A stretch of DNA of 64,000 nucleotides. Source: Eledone cirrhosa (lineage: Eukaryota). Both the position numbers and the translations under genes were made by a program. The stretch covers positions 177,444,001 to 177,508,000 of the forward strand of contig OZ024741.1 of the NCBI GenBank assembly GCA_964016885.1. Direction: 5' to 3'. Of the stretch, positions 48,137 through 63,905 are shown piece by piece (the stretch's first letter is position 1; every line of letters starts with the position of its first letter). Under the pieces are notes generated by a model. The model ran no database searches. It saw only the letters and a list, made by a program, of their open reading frames with translations, and had not been told where the DNA came from.

Positions 48137-48996
48137 TTATTAAAATAACAGAATAAAGTTTAAGGAAAGAATCGCAGCTTTCACCCTTGTATATTTCTTA
48201 TATATTTTATATATATTTATCCTTACTGAGCCCTCTTTAGTCTTCAAATTTATTATTATTACTATATATATATATATATTCATACGAAAACAAGAACTGT
48301 AAGTCAAAAGGATAAAATTGACTTCGTTTATATATATTTGCTGTTATATGAATTTCGGTTATAACCAATATGCCACAGATATAAACTCATCAGTCTGCTA
48401 TAATTTGAACAGAAAAAATAGAAAATCATAATGACGGAAAAAAGTTTACCTGTATTTCGATGTTTTATATGTTCAGTGCTGACGTGTTGGTAATTAACCA
48501 GCATATAATCGAATTAATTATATATAATAATATGTGGATGAAAATCCGTAGATAAATCATCAAGGAAAACAGTGCTATATCTGTTGCACAAGAGCTTATT
48601 TCATACATCTAAAATATATTGGCTACCATTGTTTCGAGATCCAGTAATGGCACTTTTAAACTGGCCCTTCATTCAGGCACGTGGACAAAGATATGAAATA
48701 AGTAATTGTCCCTCGACGATTCATTCCTCTGGCTTAGAAACTCTGTAAAATAAATGTTTAAAATTTCTAGGGATTTTCTGGCTATTAAAGTGACCATAGG
48801 GAGTCGACTCCTTAATGTATAAGTTATATTGTAGATAGCTGAAGTGATTAAGGTAAGTTGTAAGTAATTATTTATACACGCATATATTTCTTCTTCTTCT
48901 TATTATTATTATCATTATTAAAGTACCGGTAATGCATTGGATAATTGCGGGCCAAAAGTAGAAAGAATTATTATTATCATTATTATTATTATTATC

Positions 48997-50070
48997 CTAC
49001 AGTCACGTCCAGATGCTGAGCCACGCTCTCAAGGAATACGAAGTGGTGAAAGGAGCAAAGATAGACCAGGAAAAGTCGTTGGGCTTGCAGCTCGGCACCT
49101 GGAGAGGCTCGTCCATTCAGTCCGTCAGCGTAGTGGGGCGCTGGACGGAAGGACCAATTAAATTGCTCGGGGTCTGGTTTGGTCCGGACCTCCAGATGGA
49201 GAAGAACTGGAGTGTGGTGACGGGCAGGGCGGCCTCTCTCACCCAGAAATGGACTGACAGGAAGCAGTCCTTGAAAGGACGTGTGGAGGTGGCGAAAGCG
49301 TACACCTTCTGCCCGTCGTGCTTGCCCACACCCAACTCTGACCAAAATGGAGCCCCTTCTCTTCCGCTTTTTGAAAAAGGGACGTGCTCTCATGGTCAGA
49401 CTATCCATATGCTGTCAGCACCCGTTGCGTGGAGGATTGGGTATGCCGTGGCTGATGTTGCGCAATCATGTGCCAGACACGGTTTCCCCCAGCTCGTCTC
49501 CTTGACGGAGCTGCAGTCCTGAATCAGGAAAAGGCCGATGGATAGCGCTTGCAAGCTGGAATGTCTCAAAGCGCTCACCGTTCCTACGAGCTGGGCACTA
49601 GCATCGGTGGAACGTCCACCTCGGCGTTCTATAGAGGACAAGTGGAGGGGAAGTGCGACGACATTCTCGGGGAGACCCTCGGTGTTGAAGTTGTTCGCTC
49701 TCTTCAAGAGAACTTTCAGCCCTGGGCCTATGGATAACTTCCAGATATCCCTTGACGGGCAGTGCTACCGGGGAGCGTTGCCGGTTCAAGATAATTCTAG
49801 AGGCAAGGATATGCCGTCAGCCGAGCCTGTCCGAGTGCGCGCAGTGCAACGAAACCGTCGTGCACATTTGCTGAAAGGTGAGTGAAAGTGGCGAAACTGG
49901 CCAGTGTGAGTGGGCCTACTGTGATTATGCGCCTGTAGGCTGGTGAATTTACGTAGGATTGGGGTGTCCTTCCCGGGTGCCCTTGAAGCGTTGGGTGGTT
50001 CAGGATTGGTAGCGTACCTGAGTCTACCCTGACTGGAAATCCCCCTGATTGGGGAATTTTCATTGTTATA
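48997..50070 (+). mobile_element. Degenerate 3' fragment of Tx1-clade LINE
   Basis: GLQLGTWRG...GPIKLLGVWFGPDLQMEKNW, GGLGMPWL, CYRGALPV. Confidence 0.85.
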
Positions 50071-51272
50071 TTTTTCTTCATCATCAGCAGTGTTCATACA
50101 AACCCTACCACATTCAGTGTTTCTGGAAGAATTGGGCTGTGCTTAGATATATCACTTCATCGGGAGCTCAGTGCTTATGGATGAATGAATGGAATTAATA
50201 TGTAACTCGCGCGTAGATGATAAATTCATTATTATGATTGCGAAACATACAATATATTTGAAACAAAGACAATGCACTCAAAGTTTTCCCACGTTGTTTA
50301 GGATGCATTTGAATAAACTTGATCAACTCCATTTAATAAAAGATCGCAAGTTCTTCCAATTATCAACAATTCATGAGTTGAGCATTTATTTTTATCTCAT
50401 CATAATAGAAAATCAAATAGATTAAAAAGTAATATCAATGAGAAAGATGATTTTTAAAAAGAATTAATATCAACATTACAATATAAAGTAAAAAGAAAAT
50501 AATATCCATTAAAGCTGTAGGAATAATTTTGAAAATTAACTTTAAAAAAAACAATACTAGGGAAGTACAATCGCACTTAATAACTATACAATACTCACAT
50601 GTTTAACGAAGTTTATATAACGAATATAAATGATATCTGTAACAGGATGTGCAGATGGAAATCTCTCGGACTATAATCGATTTTACAGTCTACTTTAGCT
50701 TTTTACGACCACGTGGAGAACTCCTAATTAGCCAGATATTTGCAGAATAACATTATTCTTTATTAATTATCTCGCCGGTTTTCTTTCATAAAAAATAGTA
50801 CATTTATTTTGTTGATACATATTTAAAACGAAGTACACAAGCCTAATTATTTCGCTGACATGAACCGTTATGGAGAAATATTTGTGTGGATAAAACTTGT
50901 TCCTTAAGATATAATAGTAATGAATGCATAATAAAACAGGTATCAGCTATTTCAGTCTGGAAATAGAATTTCAGTCAATATAATTTCGCAAAATATATAG
51001 AACTTTATTGTCTGTTGGGAATTCTTTTGTGCCTGAAATCATTAATAAAAATAGTAGAAACATATCCAATATTAATTAATGGACGGAACAGTCATTGTAA
51101 TCTATTAATCCTACAAAACTTTCTCCATCATAGAATTAGAGTTATAAATCGCTGCATTAATTTTCCATTGTCATAGCTTTGAATTTCTTCCAAACACCAA
51201 CTGGTGTCGTGATGGATATATTTGTTGAGAAAACCTTTAAATTCAAGTATATCTTCCACAATCATAAAATGT

Positions 51273-52435
51273 TGTGAGGGGTATTTCATTTGTGATAAAT
51301 CTAATCTGTTAAAATAATTTCAGTGATATTTCAAGTCGTTATTAACTTTTGAGTACTTTTATTAAATATGTTAATTAATGTGTTAAAATCGGAAAACTAA
51401 CAGAAGATATCTGATACATGGTTGACAAAATTCAGAATTTTTTTTCTGTATTGATAAAGTGCATTTCATAAGTTTTGAGACATTTTTAGGACATAACTGC
51501 CTTAGATTATTGTAAGTTTAGTATATCTGTATTATTCATCTAATAAGATAAACTGATAAGTTATGTTATTCCAGACTGAAAGAAACGGATGTAAGAGCAT
51601 TTTGAACACATTCTACTAAACTTTGCTTGTCAAAGCTGATTTGTTTGTAGACTACCGTTGTGACAGTTCGGAAGCACATAATGCAATAACATTTTCAGTT
51701 TACTGGACAAAAAGGCTGCAAAAGCTAATGAAATGTTCGAGCCCACTTGTGGATTAACGTGTATGAACCAAGCATTTGTTTGTCCCTGAAACAAGAGGTT
51801 TGAGAATGGTTGAGATGATATGAGAAACGATGACAAAGTGCCTAATAGAAGCAACCTGGCTTCCATAGACTCTGGGAGGCCAGGTAAATGATGTCCACAT
51901 GGGAGCTCATGAGGGGCATAATCTACACCCACTAGTTATCTTCTGTCCTAACAGATAACAAAGGGTACTTTGCAGAGGATTTGAGGGAGTTCGGAAGGAG
52001 ATTTCTTCGCAAAAGCCAATATCTCTCTCACACGGGTCGGTGGTACATACAACAATATACTGCACTCTTTCAAACTTCCACCCTGGTAACCATACTGATA
52101 ACCAACAACTTGGCAGAGATGAACACCAAAACTTTTTCTCATTCCAACTACAGTGCAGACGTTGCTCACTATGACTTTTGGTTGTTTCTTAAACAGAAAG
52201 AGAAGTTCAAGAGTAGTCGATTTGAAGACATTAAGAAGATAAAAGCGACTGTGACAAAGCTCCTAGACACCCATTAAATGTTAAGACGTATATGGAGCCT
52301 TGACGAAGTGGATGGAGTTCTACAGCAGGTGCATTGAAATCAGATCTTGCCGCGAAGGAACGTAATTTTGTACTACGTTGAAATTAATACATTCCTCTCC
52401 TGAAACAAAGATAATCAACTGGAATGCACCTCATA
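51273..52435 (+). mobile_element. Mariner (Tc1/mariner) DNA transposon relic
   Basis: HSNYSADVAHYDFWLFLKQKEKFKSSRFEDIKKIK resembles the mariner HPPYSPDLAPxDFxLF motif; candidate degenerate TIRs tgtgaggggtatttca (51273) and tggaatgcacctcata (52420-52435). Confidence 0.65.
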
Positions 52436-52544
52436 TCAGGGTCCAAGTTAATAGTTAACGTAACGGATATAATTCTGGAGTTAATTTCTTTGACTAAACT
52501 CATATTCAAGAGGAAGCCATCATGATGTATAAGATTTCACATTA

Positions 52545-52782
<238 letters not shown>

Positions 52783-53974
52783 TGGAGAAATGACGAAAGA
52801 GATGTATGACTGTATGTGTATATATATGTATTAACGCGCTTTGGCTATGCATAATAGCAGCTGGTTATTTTCACATCTACATCCGCGCTTGAGAATCCTA
52901 AAATTTTGTGATATTTCTTATATATTCATCGCTCTAATCCTTTTCAATTATGTTTACATCCATAAATTTGAGCCAATTTGGCTTTAGATAATCAACGGAT
53001 TTGGTACCAGGGACAGCTAACTATATACATATTTGTCTATCTATCTAGTTTATCTCTCTCCCTCCTTATCTATCTATGTTTTCTCTCTTTATCGTCCCTC
53101 TCCCATGCTGCTACCATTGGTTCTGCTGCTACATCCGATGTGTTCTCCCATACTGCTGTTGCTGTTTCCGTCAGAATAACTGACAGCCTCTATTCCAGTC
53201 GACGGCGGTTCGATGTAAACATTCTTCCATTGTTCTCTTATCTTGTTTGGTTTCTCTTCATATCAGCGTCATACCAACAGCAATATGTTATTCTGTTGCA
53301 CGCGCCTATCTTAAATACATGATACATTCTCCACGAGAAATTATGTTCATTAGAAGGAAGCTGATGAGGAGATTACGTCACTAAAGTCCGTTGCGTTTCC
53401 TTGGTTTACATATTTCATCGTTTCTCCCTATTTATTTCTCTTTCATAATCACCCCCCAGAAAAATCATTTTAGCTCGATCGTTCTCATTCCCGATTATGT
53501 TTCATTCATTCTCTCCCTCCTTCTATCAACGTTCTTCTGATCTTATGAGGTGATATTTAACCCAACCTTTGCTATGAATAATAGCAGCTGGCTGTATTCA
53601 AATCTATTTCCGCCCTCGCGATTCCTAAATGTTCGTAATATGTCTTATGCATTCAAGGCTCCTATCCCTTTTAATTGTTTACACACGCAAACACGCACAC
53701 ACACATACACACACACATATACATACACACACACATATTTATTTATTCATCTCTAATTAAAAACACAGCCAACGCTCTACAGTAAAACTAAATGTCTGCA
53801 CTCTGAACAGATATTTACAGCTGCATAACTGTAATTAACTGGATTTGTTGAGTGAGCTAGACGCTGGCCGAAGGACGCTGTATTTATACCAGCGATCTCC
53901 GTTGATATTGTTACACACACACACACACACATGTATATATATATATATATATATACTTGTGTATAATATGTATA

Positions 53975-54152
53975 ATTGTTTCTACTTTAGGCACAAGGCG
54001 AGCCATCACCCAGTGCATTACTGGTACTTTATTTTATCGACCCCGTAAGGATGAAAGGCAAAGTCAACCTCGGCAGGATTTGAACTCAGATCGTAAAGGG
54101 ACGTAACTATGCTGGAAAGCATGGCGTCCGACACTCTACCGATACTGCCAAT
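53975..54152 (-). mobile_element. tRNA-derived SINE
   Basis: Reverse complement of 20268-20450, including the B-box (ggatttgaactc). Confidence 0.85.
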
Positions 54153-55028
54153 ATGTATAATGGTAGCCATGGTGCTTCCATAGGCGGTATGCCAAAATTA
54201 GCACTCAATATTCAGCAGAGTAGAGTGTAGATAGTATAATGAAAACGAAAAATCAGTGATGCATCTGGACTCAATATATTGCGTGTTACAATTGTTTCGC
54301 CGGCTGGTAGCTCGAGACATGGTCCCTGTATGGATATGGCTGATTCTACGGCTGCAGGTTCCTTCAGACACGGGTAGTTGGTTCGGAGCAAATTTTATCA
54401 CTGGGGTGTTATCAAAAAACACCCTCAAAAAACCTCTTCCACTCTTGACATGCCATTGGCTGTTATTACTCCACGTCATCTTAAGTTCTGGTGACTATTT
54501 ACTGCTAAACGGGTCATCAGCCATTTTCCATCCGACACACTTCAATGGAGTCATGCTGGGTTCGGTATTTCACACGTCTGTTCACACTCCAGAACATGCA
54601 CCGACACATACAAATACACACACACACACATACACACACAGGCAGACACGGCCACATGAGTGCATACACATATGTACGCATGCGTAGACACATACCACCC
54701 CATATATATGTATATATACACACATACGCTCTCCCTCACTTCCACAGACCCAGGCACACCCACTTCTAGATACAGACCGCCACAAGCCTATTAACTGCTG
54801 CTTAAGTCGCGCCATATATCTGTTCCCCAGGCACGGGCCAAGCAAACATACACATGTACACGCACATACGCGCGCACACATACATACGCACAACCTTATA
54901 TACATTTAAATATACACTCATACACACACGTATATACATACACACACGTGCACACACATACATACAAAATACACATACGTACACAAAATTACATACACAA
55001 ATACATACACACACACATATATATATAT

Positions 55029-57424
55029 AACAATGGCATACCACCCTTGTATGGGCTCCGCAAAGACCACAAGACAGTCGGCGACCCGACAACAGGACCA
55101 CCAACAAGACCCGTAAGCGGAGCTAATATTGCTAGCAACTACAGGATCTCCTACTTCCTCTCAATAGTTATACGCCCCATAATGAAGATGTCCCCAGATG
55201 TATGTGACAGTACAGAGGACCTCTTCAGCAGAATCAGTGAGTGCAACAAATACAAGAGCCTATCCAACTGCATAATAGGCAGCATGGATGTGGTGTCACT
55301 GTACCCATCCATTAACATTGATTTTGCTGTGAAAAGATGTGTGGAGATGATCATTGAGAGTGAGGTGGAGTTCTGCGACGTCGACACAGACGAACTGGGC
55401 CTCCTACTTAGACTTACCTACGACACTGACTACCTAGACAGCCATGACCTTAGATGTTTCTGCCCTAGTAGACCTATAAGAGGTAGACCCCCCCACCATA
55501 ACCTTAATGGCAAAAAAAGACTCCCATGGGAAGGTGGATTGGTTGGACCAAAGCTATGCGGACCCCCTAAAACAATGATCAGGTAAGAAAAATGGTCGCA
55601 CATGCAATAGGGGCTAGTATCAAAACTACCCTAAAGGGCCACATATTTAAGTTCAACGAGAAGATCTACACCCAAAATGAGAGAGCAGCCATCGGCGTCA
55701 GCATAGCTGGTGATGTTGCCAACCTTTTCATAGTATGGTGGGAAAGGAGACTTAAAAATCTCCTTAATGAGAGCTCCATAGACCTCATCATGTACTCTCG
55801 TTATGTAGACGATATCAATATAGTTATAAGAACACCCCCACTAGAGAGCACTAACAAGTTTGATTTAGAACGTAGCACGATGGAAAGCATCCAGCAGATA
55901 GCTAATTCCATACACCAGAGTACAACTGTAACTATCGACTTCCCTTCCAAACACCCTAACAATAGACTACCTGTATTAGACACAGAACACTGGATTAACA
56001 CTATAGACGAGAGAGCCCAAATTCTCCACTCACACTATGCTAAACCATGGCCTCCAAATACCTGATACTCAAAAACTCAGCAATGTCCAGTAGTGCTAAG
56101 TTTAATATTCTGATCGCAGATTTGGTACGAGCGATAAAGAATGTGTCCCGCATGTGCGACCCAACAGAAATGGAAAGAAACATCCAACACTTCATCAACC
56201 GCATGCAGTTCTCTGGCTACAACCAAAGAGACAGAGTCAGAGTATACGAAAGAGCCATGGAAAAGTATAAGACCCTCATAGAACTGGACATGAAAAGAAT
56301 TTGCCCATTATACAGGAGCAAATCATGGAATAGCTTAGATAAAGCTAGACATAAGATAGGGAAAGCCACCTCATGGTACGATAACCAGAGATACCAGAGT
56401 GTCATGTTTGTGGACGCTACCCCTGGAGGGAAATTAGCTAACCAGTGTAGAAATGCCCTGAGAAAGACCCACTTAAAAATAAAGGTGGCAGAAAAGCGAG
56501 GAACCACCATAAAATCCCTGATCAACAAAACCTACCCTTTAAAAAAAAAACACTGTACCAATAGGAAATGTATCATATGTAAGGTGAACCCCCGGATAAA
56601 CTGTAAAACTAGAAACGTAGTCTATAGCATAAGATGTACAGAGGGTACTTGCAGAAACATGACAACAACATACATAGGTGAGACAGCTCGTAGCATAGGT
56701 GAAAGGATAGACCAACACTGGGGTGGGGGGACTAAAAGGACGAAAAAACGGGTCAGTACTATACGAACATGCTAGACAACAACATGACGTTAACATAGAC
56801 AACATAGAAATTAGAATAATATCTAAACATAGAAATGACCCAGCAGATAGGCAAATCAGAGAGGCCAGTGAAATAGAAATTAGAAGACCAAGGCTAAACA
56901 GAAAGAATGGAATAACAACAACACCTAAGGGAAGTATAAATAAGTAAATAAAATAAAATAAATAAATAAATACATACACAAGCACAATAACAACAAGCAC
57001 ATAACACACACACTAGTCACCCATCACACAGCAAACAAAACACTATACACACACGCAAACGTATGCGCAAAGAAGACAAAATAAAATAAACAAACAAGCA
57101 AATAAATAAATAAATATATAGACAGACTGAATAAAAATGGCGTAGACATACAATACAACAGGAGGAAAATATAACACCACTGACGATGTTGCAGATGTGC
57201 AACGAAAGATTTATGATAAACTATATATATGTGTTTGTGTCTATATTGTATCTGTATTATTTTTGACCGTCGGTCAGTCAAAGGCCACATTGAGGACCGA
57301 GTAAGTTAGATTACCGATATAAAAGACACAGAAGCGAGAAGCGAAAACCAACCAAACAGTGAGTGTGTTCTGTTATTAATTCTGGCAATATTACACAAAT
57401 ATGACCCTCCCCAAGTATAACAAT
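55029..57424 (+). mobile_element. 5'-truncated PLE family B (RT + GIY-YIG + pLTR), frameshifted
   Basis: LYGLRKDHK, SMDVVSLYPSI, YSRYVDD, C..C..C linker, TYIGETARSIGERI; ends ATGACCCTCCCCAAGTATAACAAT; (TA)n on both sides. Confidence 0.9.
57175..57218 (+). ncRNA. Minimal hammerhead ribozyme in the family B pLTR
   Basis: cacca-CTGACGA-t-gttgca gatg tgcaac-GAAA-gatt-TA-tgata; stem I is imperfect. Confidence 0.65.
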
Positions 57425-57938
57425 ATATATATATATATATACAAAAAACACACTACATGCATACGCACACCCACACATATACATACATATATACATGCAG
57501 ACATATATACATCTACATATACATACGCACACGGACTGCCACATGCAGACACCTGCACATATGCATATTTGCTTATACACACATGTTTCCACATATACAT
57601 ATATAAACAAAACCGTAAATTAAAAATACATTATATAATAAAAAACACAATATACCATAAAATAACGGTAAAATAACATAACATAAAATATCAATATAGT
57701 ATACAATATAATATATATATATATATACATGCACACACATTCATACATACATATACGGATATATACAATGGATCTATGATAAAATAATAAAAATAATAGT
57801 AATAAAATGTGTATATAATCCATAAATAATCATCCGTACACATTCCTGTGAGATGTACATAAACATATACATGTATACACAAATACACATACACATATTA
57901 CACATATATAGAGGCCCACATATGCATACGGCCGCACC

Positions 57939-58007
<69 letters not shown>

Positions 58008-58049
58008 GCACCCACATACACACATACTCATACGTAGCTATACGTACAT

Positions 58050-58080
<31 letters not shown>

Positions 58081-60105
58081 CACACTCTGCCACATGCGTA
58101 CATACATGTACATGCATGCACACACACGCGCTCATAAACTCATGCATATACGTACCATATGCCCATATACACACCCCCATACACACCCACGTATATATAT
58201 ATATATATCTACATACACACACACATACATATACCTACGCACAGGTCCACACATAAAAACACCCAAATTTAAACACAATAGGATAATAAAATATAATAAA
58301 TAAATTCACAATATTTTAGAATACATTAAAACCTGTATGTAACTTCACAAATAGATATATAAAAAGGGGTAAATAAAAAACGGGGGGAGGTACAGGGGAA
58401 GGTGCGTGTATCCATGTGATATACTACACACAGGTAGTACGAGTTGCAAACTTGGGTCCGTATATAGAACAAGTAAGAGTTACAGAACAATAATAGAACA
58501 ATAATGACAGTAATAATCATTGTTCCAAAGTGGAACATGTGGAGAGTATATAGTCACGATTGACGGGGTACACATTCAAGGGGACGCCCGGCCCGGTCGG
58601 CATGGGTCATGGCACCGTGGCTCGGGTGTACTGTTCTATATGTTTGAGGTATCGAACCGGGTAGCTGTGGTGGGCCCCGTGTTAGCCGCTCGTGGCCCAG
58701 GCGATGTATCTGCCCAATGTTGTGTGCCTGTTTTACATATGTTTGCTTCACAGTTGCACACCGTCATCGGGGCATTGCGTCAGGTCCCCTAATCTCGTTG
58801 GACCGTTCGAGTCTGTGCGTATCCGTTCCCATGCCGCCGGCCTGCGCCACCCGGAGGATTCCATGCTGCAAATGTGCATCTTATCTGGTGTTTGCAGGTC
58901 ATGATAATTTCAGACTTCAGGTTGACCGCGTCCTCTTTCAGTCTGACTGTCTCCATGGCCTCGTGTAGCATAATCGGCACTTTCTACTTCCGGCCGAATA
59001 TGCCCTCGCATGTCAAACGATATTCCATTCCAGGGTATACGGAGTGCCCTGGTCTTTCAGGTCCCACACCAGGTCCGCTAACCTAGTGGAGTGCCTTTTT
59101 CTACGGTCCCTGAAGGAATTCGTGTGATTATACATCCGTGATTCGTGGATGTTGCGCTGATGTAGTTGCGATGCACGTTTTGGGTTGTAACCGCATACTT
59201 GTATATTAGGTCCTTCAACAGGCATTTTCCCTGTAGGGGGCACTGGGTGCCCGCTCTGGTCTTACAAGTTCTGTTGTCAGTTCTTATTCATCCGATGTCC
59301 GGGCCTCGATCTGGCCCTCTCAAATTCTCAGGATGTTGTTCCGCCGACCCTGTTGTCTCCCCCAGGCCACTATTTCCCTCTCGGCGTTGGACCACATCGC
59401 CCTCCGCGGGCGCTCTGGTCGTCTCAGGGGTCGGGTTGTCTATTGAGGTCCGGTCTCTGGGTGGTTCTCCGCGCTCCGAAATACGGTCATTCTGTCGCCG
59501 CGGTTGACGGCCAGTGTGCGCCATCTTCACCGCGTTAGTTTTAGCCATGTAGTCGGCCATGTTAGGTGCTGTGGAGAAGGAAAATGTCACCGTGTGGCGG
59601 ATGAAGATTTTGTGGTAATTGTTTGTCGGGGGAAAGCACTCATCCAACGCTCTGAAAAAAATTCCTGGCACGTTGGTGCGTACATGTTTGTAGTAAGGCG
59701 CATTAAACCAAGTAACGGCCTTAGATCTGTTCCTCCGTGTGCGTGGATTCTTGTTGGTGTGTCCTGGACCCGGTCTCCGTCCTGTGCTCCGCTCAACCAC
59801 AATTACATCCCGTGTGTTGTCTCTATCTATTTGCCCGCTATGGGCGTTATGCCCTACAGTTATAAAGTTACGTCGTTCTATGGGGTCAGAAATACATCTA
59901 TTCCCCTTATTGTAACACGCAATAAATTGAGTCCAGATGCATCACTGATTTTTTCGTTTTCTTTATACTATATATATATATAGGTATATTTGATTCCCAA
60001 GATAGAATGGGTAAGGCAATATATCTGATGTATTCATAGAATGTATCACATATGTCACCTAGGTGCATATTGCCTGATTGAGGATCTCCTGTTACTTGTC
60101 TACAT

Positions 60106-60292
60106 TGGTTTGGCAGTATCGGTAGATGGTCGGACGCCATGCCTTGACGCATAGAGTTAGGGCCCTTGTCATTCTGAGTTCAAATCCCGCCGAGGTTAAC
60201 TTTGTCTTTCATCCTTACGGGGTCGATAAAATAAGGTACCAGTAATGCACTGGTTGATTTGCTGGCCTTGTTCCAAAAGTAAAAACAATTAT
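60106..60292 (+). mobile_element. tRNA-derived SINE
   Basis: Same A-box, B-box and central domain as 20268-20450. Confidence 0.85.
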
Positions 60293-61264
60293 TTGTAAGT
60301 GTACGGGACATATGCTTGGGTTAACTGTCTGTTAGAAATTTTAGTCTAATCACCACCAAATTTTGCACTAATTTGTGTGCTAACTTTTGTAGAAATTGAA
60401 TGACATATTAGGTAATCTACTCCTCGTTATGAGTCATCATGCCAATGACTAACATATGTTTCTTCACAGATACACTCGGAATTCGATTGGTGTTTACCAA
60501 TATTCACATCAAGCTACAAGTTAAATGTATTTTTAAATTTTACATCGTTACATCTGTAAACAAAAAGAATTGACTATTTCTCTGGTAAATATAAATATAT
60601 AAATATCACATAGATTACAAAAATATAGGAAGCTTCTACTGGACTGACAAAAGCCGAATACAATTACAGCAAATGTAACAATAAAAAATATGATCGACCG
60701 AATATATATAACAAAACACCTAAGTAGTATGATAACTGACCTTACGTAGCTGCAATTGAGGAGTCGTAAAAAAATGAATACAATTAATAGAAATTAAACA
60801 CGTGTTCAGTCAATACTTAATTCCGTGAAAAAAAAAGGTTAAATATATATGTACAACACATCAGTCTGTCTTAGAAAATGTGAGATTAATTTAACGTAGG
60901 TTTAAATACAAAGTGTATGCTTTGTATTAAAAACAGTATTATGAGAACACATAGTGTTATCGTCTTTACGAACGGATTCTTTCCAAAATTTATTTTGGAA
61001 AGGTGTGTGGAATGTGTTGCTATAACAATATGAAATGTATCTGTAAAAAAATCATATTTTTGTTTATATATTTTACAGACGCATATAAACATTTATACAT
61101 AGCATTGGAGTTGGTAAGATAAAGCGTCGATATATCTACTCTATCATACCGTGAGTATGCAAAAGTAACAGGTATATACCCTCAATACACACAAATATAT
61201 ATATTTAAGAATAGGTAGAAAAGTGGAAATATATTTCGGTATGTTTCGTTAACAATTTATATGC

Positions 61265-61802
61265 TAATTTGATATCACTGTGGTAAATTCCCTAGCAATA
61301 TCGATAAAGTATTTATCACTCACGTATTGTTCCATTGTTCAATTGTTCAATTTCGTTCCCACTCACATACCGCACAGGATAGTGATGAAATTGATAGCAA
61401 CGCTGCTACATTAACGCCTCGTTCATGGTTCCTTGAATGTGATCACTTCTGAGATAGACAGAGACTGAAATGGGAGAGATAGAGGAGATTGAGTGAGTAG
61501 GGAGTAGTGACCCACTATTTTACCGATACTTTATCTAAATCTCTAAAGAACTGTGAATTAACAATATCGTTAGAAAAACTAGTAGAATACTATGTAAAGG
61601 ATTGTGGACTGTCTTGCACAATTTGATTTGTGGCTGTTGTTCAATTCAAGATTAGACCTACTTTAGTAAACCATATATATATTCCACATACACACACCAT
61701 ATATATATACCACATACACACACACGAACGCATATGCAATCATAGGTTTACGAAAGTAGGTCTAATCTTGAATTAAACAACAGCCACAAATCAAATTGTG
61801 CA
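61265..61802 (-). repeat. Dispersed repeat (inverse of 3682-4080) with a local fold-back, 61615-61672 / 61745-61802
   Basis: Reverse-complement matches seen directly. Confidence 0.8.
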
Positions 61803-62300
61803 TATATATATGTTCATATATATATATTTCTGCTCCCTCACAAGTTGAGCTTATTAAGTTGTGTGTGGTGGACTGTTATTTCTATTTAATACACGCTTAC
61901 CACGTTTGACTGGCAGAGCACGAGGTGATAAATTCATCTTTGTGTGTGAACGTTGGCAAATAGTGTTTGTGGCATTTAATCAGAATCTCTCGCTGATGAA
62001 GCCCAGGATTATCTGTTACAAACACACTCAGGGCGAAACAGATTAGGGATAATCTGTCCGAGAGATATAATGGTTATTGAGGCGGTTTGTATTATAATAA
62101 TATATTTTTATTTTTATTTTATCATTCTGTCTGCTTCTTGGTTAAATATTTCAAACATATGTGGTTTTTCAACTCTTGTAATTTTAGACGCACGGTTTAC
62201 TGTGTTTCTTACTATATATTATTAATCGGCTCAGTATTTATTTATACTTTATACTTAGAGCTTAATAGTTACAGGGTTCCAATTGAGTTTTAACTCTAAT

Positions 62301-62414
<114 letters not shown>

Positions 62415-62419
62415 GGTAA

Positions 62420-63260
<841 letters not shown>

Positions 63261-63542
63261 CAAAGCATTTTGAAGACCGTAAGCTATTGTTTTAAAGTAG
63301 TGACAAATTCACTCACTTTGATCTCAGCAAACGGTCTTCAAAATGCTTTTAATTAAGCATAAAGTGTATTGCAAAATACATTATATATACATCCATATAT
63401 ATATTGCTATTTCAGAGCTCCAATTCTAATTTTTAATTTCTGCCTGACCAACAACCGCTCTGTATAATCAGTTCCTGATTATTTACTAGAATTCTATAAG
63501 AATATAACATCAAGTGATCTCGGTAGACAGGAGAGAGTAGTT

Positions 63543-63587
63543 AGCCTTGATAAGCTTGAACAAAAGCGAAACAAGGCCTTGTCGGCT
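63543..63587 (+). ncRNA. Type I hammerhead ribozyme, U3-A8 core variant
   Basis: agcc-TTGATAA-gctt gaacaa aagc-GAAA-caaggccttg-TC-ggct. Confidence 0.78.
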
Positions 63588-63860
63588 TATCTCCCCTGTT
63601 TGCTGAGATCAAAGTGAGTGAATTTGTCACTACATTAAAACAATAGCTTACGGTCTTCAAAATGCTTTTAATTAAGCATACAGTGTATTGCAAAATACAT
63701 TATACATACATCCATATATATATTGCTATTTCAGGGCTCCAATTCTAATTTTTAATTTCTGCCTGACCAACAACCGCTCTGTATAATCAGTTCCTGATTA
63801 TTTACTAGAATTCTATAAGAATATAACATCAGTGATCTCGGTAGACAGGAGGGAGTAGTT

Positions 63861-63905
63861 AGCCTTGATAAGCTTGAACAAAAGCGAAACAAGGCCTTGT
63901 CGGCT
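63861..63905 (+). ncRNA. Type I hammerhead ribozyme, U3-A8 core variant (second unit)
   Basis: Identical to 63543-63587. Confidence 0.78.

Larger units (their letters stand above)
54232..59972 (-). mobile_element. 5'-truncated PLE family C (RT C-terminus and GIY-YIG at ~58800-59800), interrupted by the nested family B element
   Basis: VTWFNAPY..HVRTNV...FPP..YHKIF...FSTAPNM and STRLADLVWDLKD..YTLEWNIV; inverted termini 54232-54293 / 59909-59972; HHR-like motif at 54282-54372 (-). Confidence 0.65.

Noticed and set aside
53355-53402. Hammerhead at ggaag-CTGATGA-gga...tcc
   Set aside because: The required GAAA is replaced by GTTG.
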